Part shown: positions 26,878-40,155 of the stretch, in pieces
Layout of the letters: every line of letters starts with the position of its first letter
Position numbering within the stretch: position 1 is the first letter of the stretch
Assembly (NCBI GenBank): GCA_964016885.1
Contig: OZ024755.1
Span: 19,406,001-19,470,000, forward strand
DNA: 64,000 bases
Source of the DNA: Eledone cirrhosa
Lineage: Eukaryota
Direction of reading: 5' to 3'
Position numbers and translations under genes: made by a program
The notes under the pieces: generated by a model
The model's input: only the letters and a program-made list of their open reading frames with translations
Database searches by the model: none
What the model was told of the DNA's origin: nothing

Positions 26878-27240
26878 ACATACATATATGTATACAGACG
26901 TACAGTAGTATGCATATATATACATACATGCACACATATATATATGCACGTATCGGTTTACCGAACATTTATTATAATGCTTGGTTTGTTCGTTTGTAAA
27001 CAAACATCCCGAATTAGGCCGTACAATGTTTAGGCAACCACGTCACCTTTTTGTTCAACACTGACACAGGAACGATGTACTAGTTTCAAGCTTATTAGCT
27101 ATCATCAGCATCGTCAACAAACCGAGCATTATAATAAATGTTCGGTAAACCGATACGTGCATATATATATATGTGTGTATATATGTATGTATATATATAT
27201 ATAAATACTACTGTACGTCTGTATACATATATGTATGTAT
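26878..27240. mobile_element. Fold-back element (about 110-bp arms) whose spacer contains a hammerhead ribozyme motif
   Basis: Arms TGCACGTATCGGTTTACCGAACATTTATTATAATGCT / AGCATTATAATAAATGTTCGGTAAACCGATACGTGCA, plus ACAGACGTACAGTAGTA / TACTACTGTACGTCTGT. Confidence 0.85.
27072..27114 (-). ncRNA. Minimal type I hammerhead ribozyme motif (Penelope/retrozyme type)
   Basis: Minus strand ACGATG-CTGATGA-T AGCT AATA AGCT T-GAAA-CTAG-TA-CATCGT: 6-bp stem I, full core, palindromic stem III, GUA cleavage triplet. Confidence 0.8.
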
Positions 27241-27879
27241 GTATACATACATACATACTTACATTTAAGTAACTGCCGTACTAAGATTGAGAAATGAAAT
27301 TTCGTTTCATTCTATTCCATTTATATATATATATATTTATATATATATATATATACACAAGATACTAAGAGCAAAAAATCCATTTTTAGATCGGTAGTTT
27401 GAAATGTATATTCCATTTCTATGAAAAACAAAACAAAAAAACAACTAAACTCCGGAGTCAGTGAATGAGAAAAGTCTGAAGAAAAATAACAACATAAAAT
27501 GAATATTGAACATGAAAGATTATACAGTATTATATTTGAAGATCTCAAAATATAAATATAATCGAAATATATCTAGAAAGAAAGTCTTAACTTTACATTG
27601 ATGATGATGGTGATGGGGATGATGATGATGATGATGGTGATGGTGATGATGATGATGGTGATGATGATGTCACCGCCTAGAAGAAGTGGTTATATTTGAA
27701 ACAAGAGAAGTGTAAGTAGTAAGGAATGGCAGATAGATTTTACTGAAAAGAAATGTTTTTTTTTTACTAAGTATTTCTTATAACTTATAATTTACATACT
27801 GAGTTCAAATTTCACCAAGGAGAACCATGTCTTTTCATCTTTCGAGGAAGGGCATTCATATAATAAAGAACTAAGATTT

Positions 27880-28610
27880 TCCAGCCATAGAAACCATGCG
27901 AAGAAAGGGATATGAGGACCCTTCTGTCACAACACAACAACCAGCTTTTCTGGTGCTGGTTCCATCCAACATGCACCCAGTATACACCCAGTAAGCTGTT
28001 TGGTGATAGGAAGGGCATATATCAGTAGAAATCAGTCCAAGAAAGGGATGAGAGGACCCTTCAGTCACAACACAACAACCAGCTTTTCTGGTGCTGGTTC
28101 CATCCAACATGCACCCAGTATACACCCAGTAAGCTGTTTGGTGATAGGAAGGGCATATATCAGTAGAAATCAGTCCAAGAAAGGGATATGAGGACCCTTC
28201 TGTCACAACACAACAACCAGCTTTTCTGGTGCTGGTTCCATCCAACATGCACCCAGTATACACCCAGTAAGCTGTTTGGTGATAGGAAGGGCATATATCA
28301 GTAGAAATCAGCCCAAGGAAGGGATGAGAGGACCCTTCAGTCACAACACAACAACCAACCTTTCTAGTGCTGGTTCCATGTAAAATGCACCCAGTAGACC
28401 CTGTATTTCTTTTTTGGTGATGGGAAGAGCATTCATCAGTAGAAACTATACCAAGAAAGGGATGAGAGGACCCTTCAGTCACAACACAACAACCAACCTT
28501 TCTAGTGCTGGTTCCATGTAAAATGTACCCAGTAGACCCTGTATTTCCTTTTTGGTGATGGGAAGAGCATTCATCAGTAGAAACTATACCAAGAAAGGGA
28601 TGAGAGATGT
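27880..28610. repeat. About 138-bp tandem repeat (about 5 copies) derived from a SINE 3' segment
   Basis: Unit contains GGTGATAGGAAGGGCAT...GTAGAAA, compared with SINE GGTGTTAGGAAGGGCATCCAGCTGTAGAAA. Confidence 0.85.
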
Positions 28611-30119
28611 TCCAATGACAGTGGTGTCAGACAATGAATCAGAATTCACAGGGTTAAAGTGTTGGTTAAACCTACTTTGGTTCCAAGAAAACTGACAGTC
28701 CTATCTATTGTCCAAAATTTAAAAGCAAGAGCTGTGTAAACAATTAAATCCTCATTGCAAAAGTCTGATGAGTATTTAGTTAAGGTTTTTTACCTATCAT
28801 AGACACCTGATGCCTGCAAGTTATCTCTGACTGAGAAATTACTTGGCAAACATTAAGGTTGTTGGATAAATGGTTCATTATATGAAGAATCTAATGAAAT
28901 TTCCTGCAGTTGCATGTTATCAGATTCATGATGGCAAAAACACAATTTGGATTAAATGAGAAGATGGAAAAGCTCAGTTAATGTCAGTTGAATAAATAGC
29001 TGCTCATCATCTATACTAACACCTACACTACCAACACCCTAACCCCTATACTATCCTCCCAGCAACTTAAGCAGTCAACCAACACCACCATGTAGGTGCT
29101 ATAGAAGTGTAAAGGGAATTTCGAAGCTATAGAGAAAATAATTCTTTCTACTTTTGGCACCAGGCCAGCAATTATCCCAGTGCATTACTGGTACTTTATT
29201 TTATCGACCCTGTAAGGATGAAAGGCAAAAGTTAACCTCGGCGGGATTTGAACTTAGATCATAAAGGGAGGTAACTCTATGCTTCAAAGCATGGCGCCCA
29301 ACCCTCTACCGATACTGCCAATGGTTTCTGATTTAGGCACAAGGCCAACAATTAATTTAGGGTGAGGAGAAAGTCAATTAAATTGACCCCAGTGCATTAC
29401 CGGTACTTTATTTTATTGCCCTCGTAAGGACGAAAGGCAAAGCTAACCTCGGCAGGATTTTAACTCAGAATGTTAAGGGAAGTAACTATATGCCATAAAG
29501 CATGTTGTCCAACACTCTACCAATTACTACCAATCCACCGCCCTTGAAGCTGCAAAGTATAACAATCAACACAATTTGTGTTTCCCAGTTAAAGCAATGT
29601 TATATTTATAGTAGAGATAGCAGCTATTTTGTTCTCTATTCTATTATTAATATGTAAACACATCTGGTTAACATCTGCACATTGAAGTTATCTATTCAAT
29701 CTGTGATATATCAGTGTTATGCTAATGTTGTTGTAGCTTTGTTTATGTTTTGCATGCTTGCACATGGTCACTGACTTTTTTTAATGATCAACAAGATCCC
29801 AGAACTCACTTGCTTACTGAGTCGGATGGAACTTCTCAAATTGGACCAAAGAAACAATGTTTCTATTGGTCTTGCCATTGCTGATACTGTCTACTGGTTG
29901 CAACTCCTGGCAGAAAGAGCTACATGAAATAAAGTGTCTTGCTCAAGGACATAACACATCACCCAGTCCGAGAATTGCGAATCCAATTCTATCTACCCGT
30001 TGCAGCTTCTGACAGAGAGAGCAATGCTCAAGGACATAAGACATCACCTGAACCAGGAATCGAATACACAACCTCATGATTTTGAATCCATTTCTCTAGC
30101 CACTAATCCACACGATAGT

Positions 30120-30460
30120 GATATCAAAATCAGGAAAGTTCAGGCATGGAAAGTGGATCATAAACTGTAAGAAATGTGGAAGTCAAGACTGCCAAAAAGA
30201 AGGAAGATAAGGTTGTTCTCAGCCACTGTTGAATCAGTACTCTTGTATCTCAGTGAGACATGGGCACTCATGAAGTGAATAACAGGTATTGATGATTGCT
30301 ACACAAAGAAGTAACTTGTGGCCCTGGGTGGGAGAAGCACATGACGAACGAAAGCCTGTATAGAAACCTCTCAAAAGAAGTAGTAGTAGTAGTATGAAAG
30401 TTGGTTCTGTGGGATCCTCAGCACAGAATGGGAAAACATAGTGGGCATCATGTCACATGA
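30120..30460 (+). pseudogene. Decayed RTE-type LINE fragment
   Basis: Residual ...KIRLFSATVESVLLYLSETWAL..., related to the 34012-34713 element. Confidence 0.65.
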
Positions 30461-32464
30461 AGCAAGAAACTTGGCTTAGAATCCATCCAACAACTGAAGA
30501 TGGCAATAGTATATAGAGAAGTGCTGTAAAGGGAATTTGTTGTCTTGGCCTATTTATAAGTATGGCCATATTTAGACCTTGTGAGGCCTGGAGCAGTTCA
30601 GGTTTGGGGATCCTAGTGCTGTTCCTAAAGGGGGCCCGTTTGACAAGGCGTGCCCAGGGCATTCACCTTCCCCGCCTCCCGATACATCTGGCCCTGAGTG
30701 TGAACTTGGTCTAAATAACTAACAGTCAGTATCTTGCTTTGCTACATAGAGTTACGGCCTTTTCCATTCTGAGTTCAAATCTCGCCGAGGTTAACTTTAC
30801 CTTTCACCCCTTACGGGGTCGATACAATAAAGTACCAGTTATGCACTGGGTAATTGCTGGCCTTGTGCCAAAAGTAGAAACAATTATTTAATATGCCAAA
30901 CTGTTCGATGTAATGAATAGGTTTTTATGGTGTGTCTTCTGGTTAACATTGGTAAACAACGAGGCCAATTTATAAAAGGTGTTTGGAGATTTAAATGTAT
31001 TCATTTATTGGAGTAGACCTATTATAACTGTTACAAATACTACATGCTACTTAATAGTAAATGGATATTTTAAAATGCGTCTATTAATAAACTAAAAAGA
31101 CACAATGGAAAAATCTCATCTGAGTGTGTCTTGTGTTTAAAGTTAAATAAAAAACAACAGCACAAGTCAAACTGACAAAGAGAGCTTAACACTACTACTT
31201 ACACCTGGAAAGATTAACTATTAATTGAAAGTGGAAAAGTTAATTTCAAATTATATAGTTCAACTTCAAGTATTGAAACTGAGATAAGGTTTTAATCTGG
31301 ATGGCGAGGGGAGCTAAAATAAAAATAAAAATAAAATAACAACGAACACACGGAGTCAATTATTGTAGAAAACTGCACTTAAAATGTATTTCTAAAAATA
31401 CACGAACAAAGCATTTTATCGTACGAAATATTCTCGATATTTCTTTCTTTGAAATATAATGAAAGGAAATAAAGTAGAGAGAAACGTGAAAAGAAGCAAG
31501 AAAACTGGGGAGCTTTCAAAAGCGAGAGTAAAATGTAACAACAAATATAAGGTAGAAAGAGTGTAAAAGGCGAAATATAAAAAGGAGGTGAGATAAAGAG
31601 AAGCAGTAAGGTAGAGAAGATAAGAGTAAGAGGTAGTGGAAAGTGAAACAGAAGGAAGAAGAGAAACAAGAGAATATTTAGACATTTAAGTCAACTAATA
31701 GAACTCTTAATTGAACAACTGAGCATTCGATTGACTTAATTTAGTCATAGAAAAATAATATAGTCGTAAAACAGCCCCACCTTTCTCTCGTATGTGTGCG
31801 TAGCTCGGAGATCAGAGAGTCACTCCTGTTAGAGCCCCTACTTCTCCGAATTGAGAGACTACAGCTCCGATACTAAGGACACGTGGTTAGAATGTCCCAG
31901 GAAAGAATAGCTGGGTAGATTTTACGGGCGAAACCAACGGGCAGGAGACCCAGGGGTAGTCCTTGAGCAAGATGGTTGGATAACTTCCATGAGCTCGGTT
32001 GATCACGCTTGGGGATCTACCCGGAGCAGTGGAAGAGGGTTGCTTTTGACAGGACCCGCTGGGGGGGAGTGTTTGGGGACTGCCCCCACGACCCTCTCAG
32101 GAATAAGTGGGCGAAGAAAAGAAGTTTCTAATAAAGCCAGCGGGGCTAAATCTTTAGAATATGAGTTCAAAACTGAGGGAGAACAGGGCTAAGACAATGG
32201 AAAAAATAACAACCACGGAAAACCGAACAGCTCCATCTCCTCAGCCAACATTTGGAAATCACTACAGTTTCATAACATTAAGATTGACACTGTTCATTCC
32301 AACGCACACTGGGACGTTAGAAAACAGATAGTGAAAAAGGCAGGGCAAGTTATATCTTTCAGTGAATTACACAAATAAAGACGAAAAAGTATCCCAAGTG
32401 CGTCAACTGACAAAGAAGGGATATCCGTTGATCTTTCCTTTATCCTGTGCGCCCCCCCCCCCCC

Positions 32465-32496
<32 letters not shown>

Positions 32497-33834
32497 TGCA
32501 AGCTATTTAGAACACTGGTTTAACCGCTTTACTTCGCTCCGAAGAAGAGATATTATCTCGAAAATTAAAGACATTTAAATAAATCTAAGGTAAAAGACTA
32601 ATTGTCAACAATATCTTTTGGATTTGCATTCTTTATTCTATGTCCATATGTCTGCATGTCCATATGTCCTGCATTGTTTTGGCTTTATTATACATATACA
32701 AACGTTTATATATATATATATATATATGAAAACAGGGAGAAAAAGACGATTATTAGGAAGAAAAATATTTTTTTTTCCCTTTTTATTTATTTCTCTCTTT
32801 TTTTCTGGGTTAGAAAATGATTAAAACGAAATATTTTACTTTGTGTGAAGTGTTAAGGTATTAGTTGATTTATTTATTAATTAACAATGGCATTTATTTA
32901 TTTATTTATATATTTAATAATTGTCTATTACCGGTTTCAGTGTATATATATATATATATACAGAATTAGCCGTCGAAACGGCTTGAGCTCAGCCGTCGGG
33001 GAGTTACTTGTTCCTATATATATATATATATATATATAAAACTTGGGTCAACCCAAGTTCAGAGTAAAGGCACTTGCTGATGAATGAAACGAGCTTCTTA
33101 GCTATTTCACCATGCTTACATCCACACACACACATAGACACGTGAGCGTGTCCAAGGAAGGCCATTACTGATTCCTTTTCAAAGTGGCTCTTTAAACCGA
33201 CGAAAGGTTCCTATGTCTTTCGCCAGACCTTACAAAGCTGTGTATATATCCACATCACTATTATTCTGATGTATAGAAGTGTCTCCTGTAGACGTGAACT
33301 CAAAACGTGAAGGAACAAATCAAAATATCTAACGAGCCCCTCTCTCTCTACTAGAAATAGGAGTTTGATTCAAAGGGAAAGAAAGACACATAAAACAATG
33401 GAATCATATGTACAGCAACCGACGTGATGGAAATATCTTGACCGTCAGCTCAAACACGACTGGTCTGAAGACACCTCATATGAAACCAAAACCTCCATTG
33501 CGTTCAGTAATGGCAATAATAACGAACATCCAGATGATTTAATGATAAAAAAAATGATAAAACGTTCCAATTACATTAATATCAATCTAGAAATGAGATG
33601 CTATGATAACTAATCCATTGTATAGATGTTTCTATACCTTGACTTCTTACTTTTATATCATTGCTTAATCACATAAAACATGTTGCTACGTCTGTAACAA
33701 TTTCCAAGTATCTTTCGGTTTCATTTACATATATATTTTATTGTTCCACACACACAACATAAATGATAGGCAACAACATTCTCTCCATATATATATATAT
33801 ATATATATATACATACACATACACGGAGAGAAGG

Positions 33835-33908
<74 letters not shown>

Positions 33909-33915
33909 GGAGAGA

Positions 33916-33979
<64 letters not shown>

Positions 33980-34009
33980 GAGAGGTTATATATATAATAA
34001 TATATATAT

Positions 34010-34712
34010 CTCTAGGGCGGGTAAAATTTCCGAGATCCATGGACGAGTTCTCTCCAGCAGTCTCTGTCCCTCATTATCGCTGCCATGTCGTGCGTCTCCA
34101 ACAGACCAGTGTCTGTCCTTAGGGAATCAACATACGTTAACTTTGGTCTTCCTCTTCCAGTGTGTCCATGTAGGGGCTCCCACAGGAGCATTGAGTGCAA
34201 TGTCAACTCTGGATGTCGGTGAGCATGTCCAGCTAACCTCAATCTCCTCTGTGTCACTTTTGAGCTGACTTTTGGGAGGCTCCCATACAGCTTTGAGTTT
34301 TTCATCCTCAGTGAATACTGATTAATGTTCAGAGTCATCCTCAGCATTCTCGTGTAGCACCCATCCACCATCTGAGTGAGTTTCTTGGTCAGTCTCCAAG
34401 TCTCAGACCCGTACAGCAGCACATACTCCACTACAGCAATGAAGAGGCGGATTTTCAGGTCTTTACGAAGGTCCGACTTCCACACCGATCTCAAGCTGTG
34501 GCACGCCGCCCAGGCTTTGCACTTCTTCTCAAACACATCATCTTCTGAATTCCCAATCTTTGCTCTCAAATACAGGAAGTCCTCAACCAATTCCAGCGGC
34601 TTCCCGCCTACATTAGTGATCACGTCTGGCTTCTCAACATTCTCTACCAGATATTTTGTTTTAGTCTCATTCATTCTCAGCACCACACTCATCGATGTAT
34701 TCACACTCAACA
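34010..34712 (-). mobile_element. 5'-truncated RTE-type LINE, open 233-aa frame (late RT and C-terminal region)
   Basis: LRMNETKTKY...LELVEDFLYL...AW....WKS...KIRLF...VLLYGSETW...RRLRLAGH...GRP. Both flanks carry (C)GGAGAGAAGGTTATAT/GAGAGGTTATAT motifs, as expected for a target duplication. Confidence 0.9.
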
Positions 34713-34726
34713 CGCGGAGAGAAGGT

Positions 34727-34772
<46 letters not shown>

Positions 34773-35112
34773 CTAAACCTTATCGTCTTTGTTTCTAAGC
34801 AAATGTTGCCAATAATGAAAAGTAGACGAACTAAAAATGTTCTTTAGAATAAAATTCTTTTAACAAGTTCCTCTCTTTTCATTCATTTATTTCTTCCATA
34901 ACTGCATACAGAACTTAATTATATAAATATATATTAAAGTTATATCTGTATGAATACAGACTCAGTTACACACTACGCACTTACTATATATATATATATA
35001 TATATATATACATACGTATGTACATACATACAGAGAGAGAGAGTCGATAAAACAGTAACATACTCTGCTCCCTGTACTCACACTTACGGGTCTTTTCCTT
35101 GACACTGATTTC

Positions 35113-35292
35113 TTTAATCGTCTGATGAGATAGATACGTACATATTTAAATACACACTAGGTGTAAAATATGAATATTCTTCCTCATATTTGTACTATTA
35201 TATATTATTATAATTACTATTATTGATTACATTTTGTCTACTCTAGTTATGCACTTAGTGAAAGTTGTGTCGAAACAATTGTAAAGATTAAA
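35113..35292 (+). ncRNA. Type I hammerhead ribozyme motif with about 135-nt expansion in loop II
   Basis: TTTAATCGT-CTGATGA-GATA...TGTC-GAAA-CAATTG-TA-AAGATTAAA: stem I 8/9 paired, palindromic stem III, GUA triplet. Confidence 0.65.
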
Positions 35293-35326
35293 TGACTTAA
35301 AAACATTTACCTCTCATCTTAATTTA

Positions 35327-35357
<31 letters not shown>

Positions 35358-35412
35358 TTGTGTGTGTATATATATATATATATATTTGTGTGTGTGTGTG
35401 TGTATAGATATT

Positions 35413-35493
<81 letters not shown>

Positions 35494-36340
35494 CTGTGTG
35501 TGTGAGAGAGAGTTTGGTAATAAACATAACTGCCGAGCTGAACGGAGCAATGTAATGGGTAATTCCACTATCCATGTTGATCAGGCAGATACGACGATAG
35601 AGTCGGGAAAGCTCCGTTATTAATCTAAGGTTTATGGCGGAGGATTGGCAGTATCCGAGTTCAAATCCCGCCGTGGTCCACTTTACCTTTCATACTTATG
35701 GGGGTCGATAAAATAAAGTACCAGTAATGCACTGAGATAATTTCTGGCCTTGTGCCAAAATTAGAAACAGTTATTAATCTAAGGTTTAGAAAAGCTTTAG
35801 GAAAGAACTCCACCATTAGAAACAAAAAGTTAAAAAAATAACATCGAATCCATCTTGTCCGAGGCACGGCCCAGACTGGAGTGCAGTACCTGTTCTTCCC
35901 CTCTCCCCCGGTTCTTTTTCCTTTTTCTTCTTTTCAATTAATATTCTTTGTTCCTTTTAATAGCGTGTTTTGGTTTTTGTATAAACAGCTTTGTAAAACA
36001 TCTCAGTTGAAGCTAGTAAAGTGAGTTAGGCGGTGAATGATGCCGAGGTAATAGAATCTGTCTAACGGAACAGTTGTCGTGTAAACGCTTATCTTTGGGG
36101 TATTGATATAATATATATATATATATGTAAATATGATAATAATGGAGCTGCGGCGTTGCAAATGGGTTACATATGAAAAAGTAAGTCCTTCATCAGTGGC
36201 CTTCCAACCGTCCTAGGCATTTCATCGCTTTAAAGGCCATATACCTCAGGTTGGTGCGAACAACGGCTAAAAAAAGTCGTTGGGACACGTAAATAAAGGG
36301 GACGCTAGGGTGAACAAACAAAATGGTTTAAGCAACAGAA

Positions 36341-36386
<46 letters not shown>

Positions 36387-36391
<5 letters not shown>

Positions 36392-36575
36392 AACGAGTAG
36401 GACCCCGACGGCTGAGCTCAAGCCGTTTCGACGGCTAATTCTGGAGATTAGCCGTCGAAACGGCTTGAGCTCAGCCGTCGAGGTCCTACTCGTTCCTATT
36501 ACCCACTCTACTACCCTAAGTATTGAGTACTTTGGTGCGTTATGGTCCACCTGGTTCCTTACTACATTTCCTTCG

Positions 36576-36577
<2 letters not shown>
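36387..36577. mobile_element. (TA)n-embedded nested palindrome plus conserved tail (family copies at about 9110-9250, 17890-18003, 32963-33015, 44027-44225, 48665-48790)
   Basis: Near-perfect hairpin 36387-36499, followed by TTACCCACTCTACTACCC.AAGTATTGAGT.C..TGGTGCGTTATG.TCCA.CTGGTTCCTTAC. Confidence 0.85.
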
Positions 36578-36621
<44 letters not shown>

Positions 36622-37110
36622 CTGACTGAAATTGAACCCGTGCTTATATATATATGCATGCCTTTGCAGTTGTTTATATATATTGAGAGAGAGAGAGAGA
36701 GAGAGATTCCTCTCTATATCGTATCTCTATAGATAATAAATACAAGTCTAGTACTGTTTCAACTGGTTCCAGCCCGTCCAAAATATGGAGTTTTGTGCCA
36801 CCAGTCTAAGAAACCATTCCAATGATTTTGAATATTGTGAAACTGAAATGTTTAATGTCTCAATAAGTCAAAACGCCAGTCACATAACCCCCCCCCCCCC
36901 TATCTATCTATCTATCTATCTAGGGTTGTTATATCCACAGGGTGTAAAACAACTCTGCAGTAACGTTCCCCATCTAATGGGGATTTCGATTGTTTTATTT
37001 TATATATAGTTTATTGTTATTCATCATTGTTAAAGATTTTATGTAAAACCCCCGCCGTCACGTCTTGTAATGTCCCATTTTTGTGCGCCCCTGTGGCAAA
37101 TAAAGAAAGA

Positions 37111-37141
<31 letters not shown>

Positions 37142-38676
37142 GATATATACAAACGAGCAACAGACTAAACTTAAAACGGATGTGAAAAATTGGATAATTA
37201 AAATTAATCGGAAATTTATTGGTAAGAAACTGTCAGGAGATCTGGACAGCAGAAAGTCGTCAGAGAAGAACCTCCCCCTCCCCACTCAAAGCAAGTATTT
37301 CGGCCCTTAACTTCTATATTATATATATATTACTATATTATATATAGTTCCCATATTATATGACCAACCAGCATGAGTTGAGATATCTTGTGTACACACT
37401 GTATGGAAACAAAGTATTACTATATGTGGTAAGAAACTCTCAGAAGATCTGGAAAGTGCAAGGTTTTCAGAGAAGAAATCCGACCCCACCATGGCTCAAG
37501 TATATGTTTTGACCCTTAACTTAACGGAATAGATTTCATAAAGAGTTACCACCCTTTATGGTCTCAGTTCAAATCCCGCCGAGGTTAACTTTGCCTTTCA
37601 TCCTTACGGGGTCGATAAAATAAAGTACCAGTAATGTACTGAGTCGATTTAATCGACTTTCCCTTCTCCCCCAAATTGCTGGCCATGCGCCTAAATCAGG
37701 GACCATTTTTATAAAAAGGCGTTGAATTGGCAGTATTGGTAGAGCGCCAGACAATATGCTTTGCGTCATATAGTTACGTCCCTTACGTTCTAAGTTCAAA
37801 TTTCGTCGAGGATAGCTTTGCCTTTCATCTTTACGGGGTCGATAAAATAAAGTACCAGTAACATATCGGGATATATTTAATTGACTTCCCTCCCTCAAAA
37901 TTGCTGGCCTTGTGCCTAAACCAGAAACCATTATTGTAGTATAGTTTTATTCATTAATATCAACATTAGAGAATCGTTAAACCTCATTCGTTGACGTTCT
38001 CTACTAATTGCTACTCTCAATATATTTCGGTAAATAAAGAATTTATTGATATTTCTTCACATTTATATTGTCATCCCCACCTTCTCCCAAAATCACTAAA
38101 TGGCGCCTTCATTTTGAAGCCAAGTTTCAAGGTTATTTGAATTAATTAGGATACATAGGCCATAAATCTTTATTTCTGTCGATCAAATGTTTCTAATTAA
38201 TTCTGACAGTGGTACAAAATCACTAATTAATATGTAATTTGGTAGGACGTTATGGGTTAAATAACCTCATCAACCCACAATTGGCCAAACGTGGTGAGTA
38301 CGGCTACATTCCTGAAGACATGACCAAGACCAAACAGAAAGCGCTGTTGGAGGGGTCAACCAGGAAGGGATTGGATTGGATTGACTGGAAGGAATAGAGT
38401 TAATTTAATTTCATTAACATTCACATCATTTAGGAGGATCAAGATCCGTATCAAAATTACCACAGGGTGTTTTGCTTGACGCTCTAAAACGAACATGGGT
38501 AACCTCTTTTGAGCAGTGGGACGCATTTGAAATTACGCGTGCCATTCTGAAAGCCAAACAGGCTGTAGTTTGCCCACAACTGATCAAAATGCATATATAT
38601 ATGTATATATATAGTAATAATTCGTTTCTGAATTTGTTTAGCAAGATTCTTTATCTGAAAACGTGTGTTGAAACCG

Positions 38677-38990
38677 ATATTGTTATACTTTGGGAGGTTC
38701 ATGTTGCCAATAAGAAACACATGCACCAGTTGCTTTCACTTCAATTTATAAATTTAGGAATTTATAGGACAGAACAAAGGAGAGGCACATAAAAACAAAG
38801 AAAAGAATCCCCAGTCACAGAATGTGTGACGAAAGAACTTTGACAATATATAAACAACCTTCTGATTGTGGAACCAACCAACCAACCGGAAATTTATAAA
38901 TTCCTAAATTTCTTATAATAAATTGAAGTGAAAGCAACTGGTGCGTGTGTTTCTTATTGGCAACATGACCCTCCCAAAGTATAACAATAT
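38677..38990. repeat. Fold-back element (about 90-bp arms, about 125-bp spacer)
   Basis: ATATTGTTATACTTTGGGAGG.TCATGTTGCCAATAAGAAACAC..CAGTTGCTTTCACTTCAATTTAT and its reverse complement; a rearranged copy lies at about 53800-53900. Confidence 0.88.
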
Positions 38991-39329
38991 AGTAATAATC
39001 ATAAATGCGAAGACTAAAATCCAAAGAGATAAGGATAAATATATATCAAATATTTAAGAACCCTAGAGCAAATATTTATTACATTAACAGATTAAAGTTT
39101 AAGCAAAGGATTGCTGCTTTCAACCTTAACGGGATCTTCTTTGCTTAAACTTTAATCTGTTATTTTAATATATATAACAGATATATATATATATAATGCA
39201 TGCTGCTATTAAACATCTTTTTTAATCAATAGGTTCATGACATAATAACATTAAAAGAGGGGAATTTGAGACACGGCAAAACCTTCCGGTGAAAAATTCA
39301 TTTAATTTCTAAGCTTCGAATAAATGAGA

Positions 39330-40155
39330 TTGGAAACAGTTTAATGTGGAGTTGGCCCTGAGCGGTTCTAAAGTGGAGTTGGACATGAATAGTTTTAAAG
39401 TGGGGTTGGACATGAATAGTTTTAAAGTGGGGTTGGACATGAATAGTTTTAAAGTGGGGTTGGACATGAGTAGTTTTAAAGTGGGGTTGGACATGAGTAG
39501 TTTTAACGTGGGGTTGGACTTAAATAGGTTAAAGCGGGGTTGGACTTGAACAGGTTTAAAGCGGGGTTGGACTTGAACAGGTTTAAAGCGGGGTTGGACT
39601 TGAACAGGTTTAAAGCGGGGTTGGACTTGAACAGGTTTAAAGCGGGGTTGGACTTGAACAGGTTTAAAGCGGGGTTGGACTTGAACAGGTTTAAAGCGGG
39701 GTTGGACTTGAACAGGTTTAAAGCGGGGTTGGACTTGAACAGGTTTAAAGCGGGGATGGACTTGAACAGGTTTAAAGCGGGGATGGACTTGAACAGGTTT
39801 AAAGCGGGGATGGACTTGAACAGGTTTAAAGCGGGGATGGACTTGAACAGGTTTAAAGTGGGGTTGGACTTGAACAGGTTTAAAGCGGGAATGGACTTGA
39901 ACAGGTTTAAAGCGGGGTTGGACTTGAACAGGTTTAAAGCGGGGTTGGACTTGAACAGGTTTAAAGCGGGGATGGACTTGAACAGGTTTAAAGCGGGGAT
40001 GGACTTGAACAGGTTTAAAGCGGGGTTAGACTTGAACAGGTTTAAAGCGGGGTTGGACTTGAACGGGTTTAAAGCGGGGTTGGCCGTGAGTAGTTTTAAA
40101 GTGGGACTGGCTTTGAGCAATTTTAAAATGGGGTTGGCCTTCAGCGGGTTTAAAA
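39330..40155. repeat. 27-bp minisatellite GGGGTTGGACTTGAACAGGTTTAAAGC (about 30 copies)
   Basis: Direct reading; homogeneous centre, diverged edges. Confidence 0.95.

Noticed and set aside
27597-27676. Possible 80-bp exon (ctag|GCGGTG...AAT|gtaaag) on the minus strand
   Set aside because: Content is a (CAT/CAC)n microsatellite, the donor is weak, and the length would break the frame between the two supported exons.
32929-32938. GAAACCGGTA half hammerhead on the minus strand
   Set aside because: Truncated by (TA)n with no CUGANGA; too short to exclude chance.
33077-33095. CTGATGA-AT-GAAAC hammerhead-like string
   Set aside because: No stem II and no convincing stem I or III.
36143-36205. 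Possible minus-strand hammerhead (CTGATGA...GCAACGCC)
   Set aside because: GAAA box and NUH are both altered and stem I is weak; too degenerate to call.
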